From contig MQRK01252730.1 of the NCBI GenBank assembly GCA_001938485.1, positions 47,473 through 101,722 on the forward strand: a stretch of 54,250 nucleotides of DNA. The letters are read 5' to 3'. How positions within the stretch are numbered: position 1 is the stretch's first letter; each line of letters begins with the position of its first letter. The notes beneath the pieces are model-generated. The model saw nothing but the letters and a program-made list of their open reading frames with translations. It was not told the DNA's origin and did not search any database. Both the position numbers and the translations under genes were made by a program. Positions 1 through 13,300 of this stretch are shown here, piece by piece. This DNA is from Girardia tigrina (lineage: Eukaryota).

Positions 1-16
1 ATATATATATATATAT
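1..16. repeat. (AT)n microsatellite at window start
   Basis: Direct reading. Other (AT)n tracts at about 3973-4009, 8545-8585, 16402-16425, 16656-16687, 18826-18858, 19556-19576, 21394-21430, 30292-30329 and 54236-54250. Confidence 0.95.
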
Positions 17-2810
17 TTCAATACTTAAAATTTTTAATTAAGATATTTTATGCTATTAATAAGTTAAATTAGGTGATGAAAACAATAAAATTTTATTAAT
101 CTATATGAGTCTCGTATTTATAATTATATTTTGAAAAGTAAGAATTTTTAAAACCTTGAATCCCAAAGCAATTAAAATGTCATAAAATTTAAAAAAGTGC
201 AATATTTGAGTAAAATTAATTGAAATGAATTTAATTAAAAGAAAAATCGTTTCCAATTATGAAATTAAAATTCCCTAAAGCAAAATGAAAATAAAATGAT
301 TCAGTAATTTATATATAAATCAATTTTTAGCATTGAATTAAATTTTATTTTTCTATCTATAAACATGGAACCATTGAAATGAAATGAAACGTTCCTTTGA
401 TAAATATTGGGTTCTTGATCAAAAGACATTAACACAAAACATATTTCTACCACAATTTGAGTTTTTTTAAACAAATATTTCCGAGGAACTTTTGTACTTT
501 TTTTTACACAAACCATTATAAATAAGAATGGATATAAATATAAATATGGTTATTGTATTTTTTACGAATGAAAATTCTAAACTTTTTTAATAAAAAATTA
601 TAAAGTGAATTAAAATTTTGTCTCAAAGATTTTGTTACACCTATTATTAAATTTCAATTTTATTGTACATTTAAATTTACCTGTTTTTCAATTAAATTTC
701 CCAATTCTTTACAATAGCATTTTTCATTTCGTTTTCATAATAGTTTTAAAAATTTCTTTGGATTTAATAAAATAATATTTTGAAAATAGAATTTAAAATC
801 GAAATTTCGTTTAATTTAACAACTTTTAAATTACCCCTTTTTTTACATAAAAAATAAAATTATATTTCAATTAATAATTATGTTTTCCAAAATGAAATTA
901 AAATTACATTTTCATTTAACTCGATTTAATTGTTTTGATTTTTATTGTTTTTTTTATTGTTTTAATTTTGATTCCAATTAAAATTTCCAAAAGAATATTA
1001 TAATTACATTTTTAATTTACTTCAATTTAATCGTGTAAAACAAAGTTACAAAAATAGTTTAGTTTACCTTCCTTTCGCAAATAAATATTAAACTTTATAT
1101 TACTTTTGATTTTATTTCAATTAAATATTTTCATCAAATTTAAAATTAACTTTTTTACTTTATAAATCTTAATAAATCTTTGTATAAATCTTTTAATAAA
1201 CCTACCGTAAAATTTATTTTATTTCTTATATAAATTAATTTTTATATTAAATTTCTGGAAATCTTATTTTAGCATATCTATAACAATATTTTACGGAATG
1301 TAATTGTTTTATTATTAATTTGATAAGATTGTAAATTCAAAATTACTTTGAACTCAACAACACTCCCAAACAATAAATAATTTTGTTTATCATATATTTA
1401 ATAATGCAAAAATAGAAATTGATAAATGTACATCTTTCAGAATTTTGTGAATAAAAATGTTTATATATAAAAATGCAAGCAAAGCGAATAAATTAACAAT
1501 GATTTTCACTCAAATTTTGATCAAAAGGATAATGTTCTCGATTTGAATTATCATGAAGATAATTGTTTACCTGATCGGGTAGATAGAGGAAGTATTCGGT
1601 ATAAGAATGATAATAATAAAATAACTATAAACATAATAATCCAATTTAAATCTCGAACATTTGTGTATTTTTTCTTTTCTTTTCTTTTGTATAAAAAGAC
1701 GAAAAGTTGATCGACTAAATATATTTAATCCTCATAAGTTTAGTCTAAACCATTTCAAAAACAAAGATTGCCAATTTAAAGCAAAAGTTATTTTTAATAT
1801 TTTTAAGCTAAATGAAATATAAAAGGAATTCTAGGACTACATTTTATAATACTTGATTGTTATTCTTAATTTATTAATTATAATAATCTTGAAAGTAATT
1901 GTACAGCTGATGTAACAGATATTTAAATTTTTTTAATGTTTTTATTAGGGTAACATTTGATAATTTATTAAAACTTTTAAAGAAAGTCCAAAATTGAACT
2001 ATTCATTTTCAATTTTTCTCTTTCATTTTCAATATGAATAAAATAAATAGTTTTGCAATTTCGATATTTAAATTGATACAAATGTACTTACTTTAGTGTT
2101 TTTAGAATTTCTAGATTTAATTAAGAAATTGTTTTAGGAATTTTTATTTGCAAATCTTGTCCTCTAGTCAGAAAGAGGTTCATTTTAAGGAAATATGGAA
2201 ACAATATTGAAATTTTAATAAGTCAACATTGAAACTATAACAGTTGAAATTGGCAAAAGTGTAAATGTGTTAATGTTAAAATGATCAATTAAGTAACTTG
2301 AAAAAATGCATTTCCTTTTGAAATTTTATTTTAATTTAGCAATTAGAAAACTTATTATATATTTTTTTCTTAAGATTAATTTATCAATCTTTTATCTTGT
2401 AAAAGAAAATCAAATAAAGTAAATAAATCAAAAGATATTTTACTATATAATAATGAGTTTTACAATGATTTGTTTATAAAAGTTTACAATATAAAATATA
2501 TTTCCATTTAAATAAAAAATTAAATTGATAAAGTTAATTGTGATGTGGTTTCAAACAATAACTACTGATAAGTTAAGTAACTGAAATGTAAGCAAATAAA
2601 TTGATACAAATACGGTGGCTGATGCTTGCTTACATTGACTGAAATAATCTTAAGAATAAAATGCTTCAATGACAATAATTTACAATATCATTATTTGATA
2701 TCAATTTGACTTCCCGAGAGAATAATTTAGGATGGAAAATCATTTAATGTATTCTTCATAAATGTATAAATATTTTATAAGAATCATATTTTGAATAAAT
2801 ATTTATAATA

Positions 2811-2857
2811 TAAATATAAATATAAATACAAATATAAATATAAATATAAATATAAAT
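2811..2857. repeat. (TAAATA)n hexanucleotide microsatellite
   Basis: taaatataaatataaatacaaatataaatataaatataaatataaat. Confidence 0.85.
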
Positions 2858-3965
2858 AACTATTAATACGACTAAATTAAAAGATAACAATGTACCAGAA
2901 ACACAAAAAGAAGACATATGAACAATCACATAAAATGATGAGTCTTGAAATGTAATAGAAAAAAATATTACTTAGTTATAATATCTTTTTTATTAAGGGA
3001 AAATCGTTCGTCAAACGTTTAAATGATTTCTTCGTTAATAGCTCGAATATTTCTTGTGAGATATTCACGAAAAATTGATTGAAAATAGTACGGACAATAA
3101 TTCATAAATTTTAAATAAATAATTCGAATAAATGTTCTGTATTTTGTTGTTAAATGATTAGTTGAATAATTAATTTGGTATCAAATTCAACTGAACAAAT
3201 GTTATAAACATTTTCAAATTTTCTGTAGATAAACGCCACCTTACTTAATCTGAATCCCATGAATCTATCCACAGTTATTCACGGAAAATTTTAAGGACAA
3301 TATTATAAAAAATATAATAACAAAGGATGTATACATTATAAATCTGACAGCACATATTTGATTGTGGCATTGATATCTTATAAATACATTCAAATATTGA
3401 TACGATTCTATGTATATCTAAATATTATCAGTGTCCCAAAATAAGAGAAGACAACGAGGACAAAATTTTGAAGTAAGCTGTCCAAAAAGAACCATTTAGA
3501 ACTTATTCTTATCAAAAGACTGAATTTTTTTGATATAATTCGATTTACTATATAATAATAATTTAAATAATAAATAAATTTCAGTTCGAAAAAATTTATT
3601 TTTTACATAGCATTTATAAACCCATAAAATGAATATGATAAAGAAAATAAAAGAAATATAATTCAGATATAAAATATTTTTATTAAAATATTGAAAATTT
3701 TGATGCAAATCAAAACATGCGATTTTTCAATGATTTCAAGAATTGTTGTCAATCGTTGAAATATTACAATTGAAATTTATAAAATTAATAAAAGAGATTC
3801 AAATTATTGAATTTTTCAATAATAATTATGTTTTTATGATTTTAAAGGGTTGACAGTAAAATAATTGTATTTATATTTATTTAAAATTTTTTTATAATAA
3901 ATTTATTTTAATTTCCTTTTAAATTTTTATTTTTAATATAACTTTATATCTAATCTTCTTTTAAT

Positions 3966-4006
<41 letters not shown>

Positions 4007-4009
<3 letters not shown>

Positions 4010-4268
4010 GAGGGAAAATTCTGAATGTTGGGTGTTAGGTTGAGAATTATCTTCCATTCTAAATCAAAACAAATTAAAAACTTGCAAAATTTATTAATCT
4101 ACAACATTTTAAATTAGTTATTTAAACAAATTTTCTTTTTTTTTATTTTCTTTTTTTTTAATTTTATTTTCTATTATTTTTTTTAATTTCGATTATAATT
4201 CGAAATTTTTTAAAAAACAAAATTCTTATTTCTGAAAATTAAAAAATTAACAACAACACTCTCTTACA
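4007..4268 (-). mobile_element. Probable 3' LTR (about 260 bp) of the Gypsy element, abutting an (AT)n tract
   Basis: On the minus strand the integrase ORF ends in a G-rich tract GTGTGGGGG (4277-4269), immediately followed by TGTAAGAG. The segment ends ...AATTTTCCCTCATA at the (AT)n, a degenerate TG...CA terminus. The end resembles the ...ATTCCTCACA termini elsewhere in the window. No second LTR is available for comparison. Confidence 0.5.
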
Positions 4269-4989
4269 CCCCCACACGTAAGAATTTTTTAATTTTCTCC
4301 ACATTTCTTTCACATGTTTTACCAGACATATCTTCAAGAACATATCTTCTATCATGTACTTTTCGAACTACTTTATATGGCCCGTCGTATCTCCCTTGAT
4401 CTATTGTTCTAGATTCTACTTTTACCAATACATCATCTCCTGGGAATAATTGTCTTCGCGCGATAGGCTCCTGGTCCCTCTCATATTGAAATGTCTTGCT
4501 ATTTTTTCCATCCCATTTCTCCCTGCTAATGCATCTTCCGAAAATGATTTCAGCTGGACTCATCCCGATAGTCGTCTGTAATGTGGCATTTAAAGAGAAC
4601 TCAATCTCCGGTAGAATCTCTGCCCAGTCGGAACTTCTTCTTTCATGCAATGTTGCATTAATCAATTCTCTCACTGTACGGAATTGTCGTTCAATTTGTC
4701 CGTTTGTGTTATGATGATATGAGCTGGAGAATCTAATTTCAAAATTCTGTTTCTCTGCGAACTCTTTCATCTTTTTTGATACAAAAACCTTACCGCAATC
4801 CACATTCATCGCCTTGGGAGAACCAAATTTCAGTATCCAATCCCACATTATTCCTTTTATTATTGACTCTTCATCTTGTTTCGATATTGCTAATAACGTA
4901 ATGTATTTACTGAACTGATCAATGATTCCTAGAATATATTTCTTTTTCCCAGAAGTCTCCTTCAACGGTCCACGAATATCCACATTCAA
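4264..4989 (-). pseudogene. Gypsy integrase catalytic core with GPY/F module
   Basis: VDIRGPL, IDQFSKY, VDCG, HHNTNGQIERQFRT (D,D,E), YDGPYKVV. Confidence 0.95.
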
Positions 4990-5338
4990 AAACCTCGGCA
5001 GCTTCTAATTTAATCGTGTTCTCTTTTGTTTTTGCCGTATATGTTTTATACTTTTGGCATGATTCACAACTGCGTATAATCTCTTTGGTCTTACCTTTCA
5101 GCTTGTCAAAATCCTTAGAGTCTCTTAAATAATACTCAACTTTTCTTGCACCCGCGTGTGCCAACATTCGATGGGTTTCCCAGATAATATCTTTGAATGG
5201 CTTTGTGGTTTCATCTTCTGATACAACATCCGGTGCACGTGTCTTGATTTTTTCTTTCTTAGCTTCCTCGTGTTGCATTAAACATTGAGTACACGTATCA
5301 CAATTCATCCTTGAAAGCATATCAGCATTTGTGTGCAA
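4919..5338 (-). pseudogene. Gypsy RH-IN linker and integrase HHCC zinc-binding domain
   Basis: HTNADMLSR followed by CDTCTQC; HRMLAHAG...CESCQKYK (HHCC). Confidence 0.9.
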
Positions 5339-5353
5339 AGATCCTTTTCGAAA

Positions 5354-5605
5354 TTATAAATTCATATCCAGACTGCTCAGATAGTTAATCCACGTTTGAA
5401 ACTGCGATGTAATTGGCTTCTTAGTGTTCAGCATAAACGTGATTGCTTTATGGTCGGTACGCAAAGTAAACCGTTTACCATACAGAAAATATCTAAAATG
5501 GTTACAAAAATAATACATGGCAAGCAATTCTTTTCTTGTAACACAATAGCCCTTCTCGTGCTTATTCATTGATCGCGACCCATAAGCTCTCTCTTTCCTT
5601 TCCAA
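5354..5605 (-). pseudogene. Gypsy RNase H C-terminal part (frameshifted)
   Basis: AYGSRSMNKHEKGYCVTRKELLA...FRYFLYGKRFTLRTDHKA. Confidence 0.92.
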
Positions 5606-6680
5606 CTCTTTTCTTTCCTTGATCGTCCCTCTGTGCTAACACGGCTCCAATGGTGTCGAAACTAGCATCCGTATCTAGAATAAAATCCCTTTTCATGTGT
5701 TTAAAACACAATACCGGGCTTGTAATTAATGCATTCTTCATCTCTTCGAATGGTAACTCTAGCTCGCTTGTCCAATTTAGTTTTTTATTGTTATTCGATC
5801 CGCATAATTGTTCTAATACTCTGGCTTTCTTTGCATACTTTTTTATAAATCGTCGATAATAGTTACAAATACCCAAAAAACTGCGTAAGTTTTTAACACA
5901 CTTTGGCTTCCCAAACGTTCTTATTGCTTCAATCTTAGACAGGTCCGTTTTAACACCGTCTTCGTTAACTATATGTCCAAGGAATTTGATTTCCCGTTTC
6001 AACAATTGACATTTTTCTGGGTTCACCCGCAATCCTGCTTTTCTAATATTATCTAAAACTTGATTCAAAACAATATAGTGTTGCTCCCGATCTTTTGTGT
6101 ATACCAAGATATCATCTAAGTATACAGTGGCACCATTGATTCCTCCGACTACCTTTGTCATCATCTCTTGGAAAGTTCCCGGTACAGCCGCTATACCAAA
6201 CGGCATACGAGTAAAACAATACTGTCCTTGCTTTGTAGAAAAGGCCGTTTTCTCTTGAGATTCTTCGTCCAGCTCAACCTGATAATAAGCATTTCCAAGG
6301 TCATTCGAGCTAAAATACTTTGCACCTTCTAAAGCATCCAACACCTCATCAACATTGGGCATCGGAAAAGCTTGTCTCTCCGTTATTGCATTTAAACGCC
6401 TGAAATCCAAACAGATACGAATATCTTTCTTCTCTTTTTTCCACACACAAATTAATGGTGTGTTCCAANNNNNNNNNNNNNNNNNNNNNNNNNNNNNNNN
6501 NNNNNNNNNNTTTATAGTCTCCATGATTTTTTCTTCGAGATGCATTGGTTGACGAAAAGGTTTTAAATTAATTGGCTCTCCATTCGTCTTAATATGATGT
6601 TTTGCTAAACTGGTGCATCCGATATCCCATTTGTCAGCCATGAATAATGTAATGTGGCATTTAAATGTGGCATCCAACAA
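5562..6680 (-). pseudogene. Gypsy reverse transcriptase plus N-terminal RNase H
   Basis: WNTPLICVWKK, RICLDFRRLN, KTAFST, RMPFG, YLDD catalytic motif, FLGHIV, FLGICNYYRRFI, FILDTDASFDTIGAVL. Confidence 0.97.
6469..6510. other. Assembly gap (42 N)
   Basis: Run of N inside the RT ORF. Confidence 1.
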
Positions 6681-7763
6681 ACACTCCCATTAAATTAAAT
6701 TTGATTTTTTCAATTGCGTTCTTGATTTTAATAATAAAAACTTGCCATTATTTTTTAAATTTTTTAAATTTCTTATTAAGAATTAATAATAGTTATTCAA
6801 ATAATAAAAAAAATGCTTTATATTCGAGATTATTCCGTATCTAGAATAATATTTTTAGATATTAGTAACTTTTACTTCTAAAAAGATTGTTAGAAGTTTA
6901 TAATTGAAAAATTAAGGTATTAAAAGTAAATACAATAAATATATAAATCAATTTATAGAATAAATTTTGTATTTTTCTATTAGACCATTAATTATTAAAA
7001 TGGAATCTGATTCTGTAATTTGTATATGATTCCAGAAATATTAATCTTCTTTTCTTATTACAATCTTCTATGCATCTCAAATAATATCAAATAATCTGTT
7101 GCTAAAACAATCTATATTAACTATTAATTATCGTATTGCATTATAAATAAATCCAAAATATTTTTTGTATAAAATATAAAAATTAACCTTCAGTTGATAA
7201 TAATCGAAGTATATACCAAATTTTTTGATTTTATTTTCTGAATTACTTAAAATTATATTAAAACATTCTTTTTTAAAATCTTTTCTTTTTTGATGAGTTT
7301 TTCAGAACTTTTTTTCGTAATGTTTTTGGATTTTTACAACAGACATTTTTGAAATGCAGTTTTTATTTCCATGAAAAAGATTAATTTCTTTTGGTAATTT
7401 TATAAAAAAAACAGTATTAAAATATTATTAATATCCTCATTTTTCCTGACTCTTCTACTTTTGTGATGAAATATAATCACATTATCCCCCTAAATATTCC
7501 CATTATATATTATTATTATAATTCCTTTGTGAAATAATAGATAACATAAGTGAATGTTAATCGACAGAGAAGAATATTACAAATATTTATTTATTACCAG
7601 TCAAAAATTTCTTAAAATGAATATTGTTTTAAAGGATTTTTATCATTTTTGATCAAAGTAGGGGAAAATGTATAATAATAATCCAATATTCTTGTAGAAT
7701 TAATTAACAGATTAATTAACAAATGCAGATTTCCGAGTTTAAAAAGTGCTGGAAATAATTATT

Positions 7764-8295
7764 TTAGAAATAAATAGTGACTAAACCTTTTATATTTTTA
7801 ATTTTTTTCATTAGATTTGGAAAATTATTTACTTGAAAATTACTTTTGTTGAGCGACGTTCGGGCCCATAGGAACGCGCCCCAAAACTCCAGCTCACAAT
7901 CGTCAATTGTGGTCCTTAAGAGGACCGTATTCCTTTCGCCAATTAATTGGTTGATTTCTTCCGAGATTTTTCATTGTGAATTTGTGTTTGTGTTCGGCAA
8001 CAGTTTGTTCGCTCGTATATAGAACATGATATTCCACATTTTGACGAGTCACATCTACTTCGCCGATATGAGCATATCGAAGTATTATTTCTAAGTCTTT
8101 CGGATGATCACAGTTAAAATTCAATTTTCCATCTCTGCCAACCGATTGCAACAGATTCCAAAAAGCTTGACTTGCTATTGCCAATTTAAATGTATTTATC
8201 ATTAATTTTTGAGATCCATTAACGTAAAGTTCCCTACTTAAAAGCCAAGGCATGTTGAAATTTTTTCTTCTGCAATATTCTGATGGATAATTTAT
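7764..8295 (-). pseudogene. Intronless BTB/POZ-domain ORF with a frameshifted BACK-like tail
   Basis: ORF 7903-8253: LLSRELYVNG...FKLAIASQAFWNLL...DLEIILRYAHIGEVDVTRQNVE matches the BTB pattern (vLAa.S.yF ... le.ll.YaYtG.l.it.eNV). The shifted frame continues IDDCELEFWGAFLWART...FPNLMKKI, resembling the BACK E..vf.a...W motif. Confidence 0.65.
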
Positions 8296-8541
8296 TTATT
8301 ACTATAATTAAAAAAATCGATATTTCCATATATAATTTTATTTGTTATCAAAATTGTAATTAAATAAAACATTTAAACAAATATAATTCTTTTCATCATT
8401 TAAAAACTTTTTTTTCTTTACATTTTTTCATAAAAACTTTTCTTACATATATACAAAAGTAATTTTAAGTAATAATTTTCTTTTTTAATTATGCTGTAAT
8501 TTTTTACTCTAAATAAATATAAATATATATACACACACACA

Positions 8542-8591
<50 letters not shown>

Positions 8592-8649
8592 AAATTGGAA
8601 TTAAAAATTCCAATTCCAAATTTTTCCTTCAATTTCCAATTTGAACAGA

Positions 8650-8860
8650 TTGTTTTCAAATTGTTTAATCGTTAGATTAAGTCATTTAATCAAAAATCCA
8701 TCCCAAGAAACTCTTTTCCATAGCTTTTAAAATTACTGCATAGTATTTTAAAATTGATTACATTCATTTTCCAATTGCAAACTTTATTCATGTGTCCATC
8801 CATATTGATATCACTTACCGATCGTTTATGTTCCTGAATCCTTTGACAGATATGATGAAA
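8650..8860 (-). mobile_element. Penelope-like element GIY-YIG 3' remnant
   Basis: Minus-strand translation HHICQRIQEHKRSVSDINMDGH...FKILCSNFKSY aligns to HLCKRIKEHSRLDNGSNIAEH...FQILCSRFKNY of the 37794-38138 ORF. Confidence 0.75.
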
Positions 8861-11269
8861 ATATGGTTTTATAGATTTTTAGATATGGTTTTCAAACTCA
8901 AATTTTCATGGCCGAATTTCAATTCTTAAATAACCTACTTAATAAAGAATAAAAAAATGCTTCAATTTAAGAAATTCTATTAGATACTTAACTCATTTTT
9001 CCGATGAAATTCTTCATTAATTAATAAGTTTATTAATAATTAATTAAGTTTTTGTCCGATATTTGATTTTTCTTTAAATTTTGACCTCCTCATTGCTTAA
9101 AAAAAGAATTTTTGAAGTCTTTTGTTTAATTCTAATTATTCTTTTTATTTTCAGCCGGAAAAAAACTTCTGAAATATGATTAATTTTATAAATTTTTGAA
9201 TTAAAGATGCGTAAAAAAATTTTTAGCAATAACATTTGAAAGTTATTGTATCATGGGGAGTATAATTGACAAAAATAGTAATAAATACCAAATTCCTAAA
9301 TTTTTTTAGTTTTTTAAACAAAATAAGTATTAAATTAAAATGAAATCTAAAATATTAATAAAATATTAAACCATTATAAAACATAATCAGTTTTCACTAC
9401 ATGAAAATACAGAGTGGGCGAAAAGTCGTACGAAATAAGAAAGTATTAATAAAAGAAATATTAAAATATAAAATTTTCTAACATAGAAAAATAAAAATGT
9501 TAAAGCTTTGGGTTGTTTTCTTCAAATCAAAGTTTTTTGTTTCATTTTCCGGATATTTTAATATGACTTTTCAATTAATTTGTAAGATTTTTCTATTTCG
9601 TGTAATTTTTGAAATATTATACAAAAAATATCAGAAAAAAGTAAATGTAATGATATGTACAAATATTAATTAATAATATCAAAAAGAGTTAATTGAAACG
9701 TTTTTTATTATCATTAATAATAGAGAAAATTAATTAATCAAAATTAAAATAGATTTTTTTGTTTATTTAGCAAAAAAATTTAAAATAAATTTTCTTTTTT
9801 TTATTATTAGAAAAACGAAGCGAATCTTTTCCCCAGTAAATATCGAAAAGTATTTCTAAAGCATCAATCAATGTCTTTTTGAGAATCTTTTATCGTAACG
9901 TAATAAATCCAAATGAAATTGAATTATAAATGACAGTAGTAACATTTATGAAATTTTCAACCAAGATTATTTAGGCTGTTACCATTTTTTGTTATTTAAA
10001 ATTTTCCACTTAAATGCTTTAGACTTTATATTTACTTTAATCATATTAAATCTAATAAAGAAATAAAATTGGTGTAAGGGAAAATATACCGATTGGTAAA
10101 ACGAGCATTTTTATAAGACGAAAATACCTTCAAAAGAATTAATCCGTTAGGAATATTGATGATAACTATGTGATTATAAAAAAGGAAAGATTAATAAAAT
10201 AAATAATATGTCTTGTATTTAATCTTTGCTAAGACCATTTTTAATTGTCTTTAGAAATATCCATCTTATTATGAGAATAATTTGTTTGAATAATGACAGG
10301 AGAATAGTAATCTACAACAAGTTTAATAAATGCATTTAATAATAATAATATAAATAATAATTAAAAAAAGAAAAAATAAAATAATTCAATGAAGAAATTA
10401 TAGTGCTTTATAGTAAAAAAAAGATGTAAAAGAATAATTTAACATGTTTCTCATCGTTTTCTTCTTCAATTATAAAATTCATATTTAAGATAAATATTTC
10501 TAAAAATCTTTTTTTTAATTTTGAAAGTTTTTTTTCCAATAATGAAAAACATTTTTTTAACTTATTAAAAATTTTAAAACTTATTTTAAAATTAAATTAT
10601 TACTTGAAAAAACAAAATAAAAATGAATGTATAATCATATATTTCAGATTAGAAGCATTTGCATAATATAATACTGCATCTGGGGATTGGAAATTTTTTT
10701 TTATTTAAAATCTTTTTTATTTCGACTTTCTTATACAGATTTCAGATAAAAATAAAGAAAAAATAATTTCATTATTTTAATAAAATATTATATTTTTTTA
10801 TTTAAATATTAATTTTGAAACTGAATTTATATTGCCCACTCTCGTAGATCTGTTTAAGTAAAAGACCGAAAATACGTATTTCAGTCGGTTGATTTATTTT
10901 CATCAGATTTAAGAATGTTGAAAAATGTTTTTAAATTATATTTTTGTTCAATATATCTTCAAACAAAATTATAAAAATTGTTTGTTTAATTGAAGGCTTA
11001 ATAAAAAGAAACCGGATTGCGACTTTATATTCTACAATATTTTATTATATTATATTAAATTATTTTATAATATTGTAATAAAAAGAGAAATTGAATCTAT
11101 TTTCCTCTTCCATTACCTTTATTGATTAATTAGGTAAAGAAATTAGTAATATTTATTAGGAATTATTAGAATTGTATAATATATAACGTCCTACTTAAAA
11201 CTAGCTTTGTTAAAAAAACGGATAGATATTTTATTTAATATTTAATTATTTTTTATTCAATATTGACAT

Positions 11270-11342
11270 ACCTAGACATAATCCGAAATCAACACAAAAC
11301 ATTGAAAAACAAAACATCAACATTCCAAATATATTTCTCACA
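11270..11342 (+). repeat. Dispersed LTR-end-like repeat fragment
   Basis: aaatcaacacaaaacattgaaaaacaaaacatcaacattccaaatatatttctcaca resembles the reverse complement of 37440-37520 and ends in ...CTCACA. Confidence 0.5.
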
Positions 11343-12819
11343 GTAATCATAAAGTTGTCAACTACATTAAATATATCATTTTGTAAATGAATTAGATTTT
11401 CCTAAACCGATAGCCTTAAAACTCCAAACTAACTTCGAGAAATTTATTAAATAGGTTTTTCAAATATAAAGAAAATGTAATGTTAGATTCACAAAAGTAA
11501 TATGACTACTTCTTATATTTAAACTTTATGGTAGTTAAAATATAGAAAGCTTTCATTTTAAAAATTATTTTAAATAATGATTTTTTTAAAACATTTTTAA
11601 AATATTTTTAAAATTATATTTAAATATTTTATAATATTCAGTCACTTATTCCCATAACTAAAAGAGAAACATTTTTGAAACAATTTCATGTTTCATAAGA
11701 GCTCATTTTTGTGACTGAAGATTTTTAGAAAATATATACGTCCTATGTCTTAAAAAACATAACAGTAATAAGTTTTCAAAAAAGATTAAAAAAGATATTG
11801 CTGTTTGAGAACAAAATTCACATAACTAAATATATAATTACTAAAGACGGGGTCATATATATATTTATTAATAATATTTTTTCAAATGGTAGCGAATTAT
11901 ATTTTAACAGAAATAATCCTCCTTAAAATAAACTACATTTTTTTATTTAATAAATGTTTTTAATATTAACCAACTATTATTTTAAAATTCACGATTCAGC
12001 TTTAAATAAAGCCTTAAAAGTACTTGAAATTTGGTGCAATATTTTTTATAATTAAGGGAAAAAAGAATCAAAATTCCTAAAGAAGGAATGAAAAATAATT
12101 TATTGAAATATTTTTATCGAAACCTTTAGAAAATAATTCCTAGAACAAGCAATTTAATCTCGTCAAATAAATTATGATTTAGTAAAAAAATAAATAGAAC
12201 TTAATCATTCACTGATATTGGGAGAAAGCATTTTCCAAAAACTATTTTTTCCAAAACTATTCTTATCTTTACATTGACAAGTTTTGCAATTTTAATTTAT
12301 GTATTAATTTATTTATTTTAATTTTAACTTTTTGTTTTGCAATTGATTACGTTTAGGTAAGGTCGTTCTATGGCAATATCATACTTTTGGTGAGACTAAT
12401 TATAATAAACTGATAACGTTATATATAATTTTTAAAAAATGGTTTTGTGTTTTTATTTCCAACAGATTTTTAAATTATATTTTTAATATGTTAAAACAGT
12501 AAGAGGAAGCACGTAATCAAAATTGAGATAATAATTATTTGCTGACAGTCTTCCACATATATGTATTGTTGTAGAACTTTCTATTGCTTGCAGAAACTCA
12601 TTAACAGAACATCAATCACTATAGTAATTTGTTTTACTTTATTGTTTATTAAAATTGAATGTTTAATATTTATTTTAAACTAAAAAAAGACCCGTCATAT
12701 ATGACGGATGAGCTAAATTTTCGACTTTGAAAGTTTCTGGTTTAATTTTTAAATTGTAATTATTATAATTTATTATTAATTGTTTCGATTTATGTGTTGA
12801 TTTAATAGTCAGTCAATTA

Positions 12820-13300
12820 AATCAGCTCCCGGTGCCTTTCGGCTAAGACACTGTACAGACAGAACCATCTTGATACGGACTAAGCAGAGTTATCTCAACT
12901 TTACTCGGATTCACTCACTTTTCCTTCAATATTTCTCATTTTATCAGCATATATGTGATCATAGTAAAATTTGAGCTTGACCGACCAACCGTTAATCACT
13001 TGATAACGAAATTTTGCAAATTTAACCTAAATTGATTTTTAGAAATATAATTAGTAAATAAGTAAAAGTAATCACCATTAGTCAAAGAAATTAGTATTTT
13101 ATTAGTATTTTCATAAAAATATTCACGAAATTCCGTATAGGAATCGTTAAAATCGTCAATAATCGAAATCACTGTTAATTTAACCATTTAACGAATTGTA
13201 CAGTTTTCGATCAATTTCATCTGCTTCTGTGCATCTTTTGGCAAAGGCGCTTTACCGACAGAATTATATTGATGCGGGGTATCCAGATTGTTTACGTACT
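12820..13300 (-). pseudogene. Decayed ORF of unknown family (about 160 codons, several in-frame stops)
   Basis: One frame reads KYVNNLDTPHQYNSVGKAPLPKDAQKQMKLIENCTIR*MVKLTVISIIDDFNDSYTEFREYFY...*...VNPSKVEITLLSPYQDGSVCTVS*. GC is higher than in the flanks. No recognised domain. Confidence 0.35.

Larger units (their letters stand above)
4264..6680 (-). mobile_element. Ty3/Gypsy LTR retrotransposon pol (RT-RNase H-integrase), 5'-truncated and frameshifted
   Basis: Domain order RT-RH-IN is split over four ORFs in different frames. No gag or protease upstream. A 10-bp duplication aatgtggcat (6651-6660, 6664-6673) lies at the truncation point. Confidence 0.95.

Noticed and set aside
4496-6552. 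Plus-strand ORFs 4496-4714, 5650-5859 and 6355-6552
   Set aside because: Antisense shadows of Gypsy pol.
9408-10846. Possible Tc1-type TIR pair (tacagagtgggc / gcccactctcgta)
   Set aside because: Only about 10 bp match with an indel, and no transposase recognisable inside.
10862-10910. Minus-strand CTGATGA...GAAA-TACGTA-TT hammerhead-like motif
   Set aside because: Stem II cannot form and stem I is absent.
12691-12710. Palindrome ccgtcatatatgacgg as a piggyBac-type subterminal motif
   Set aside because: No TTAA-bounded TIR pair or transposase could be established.
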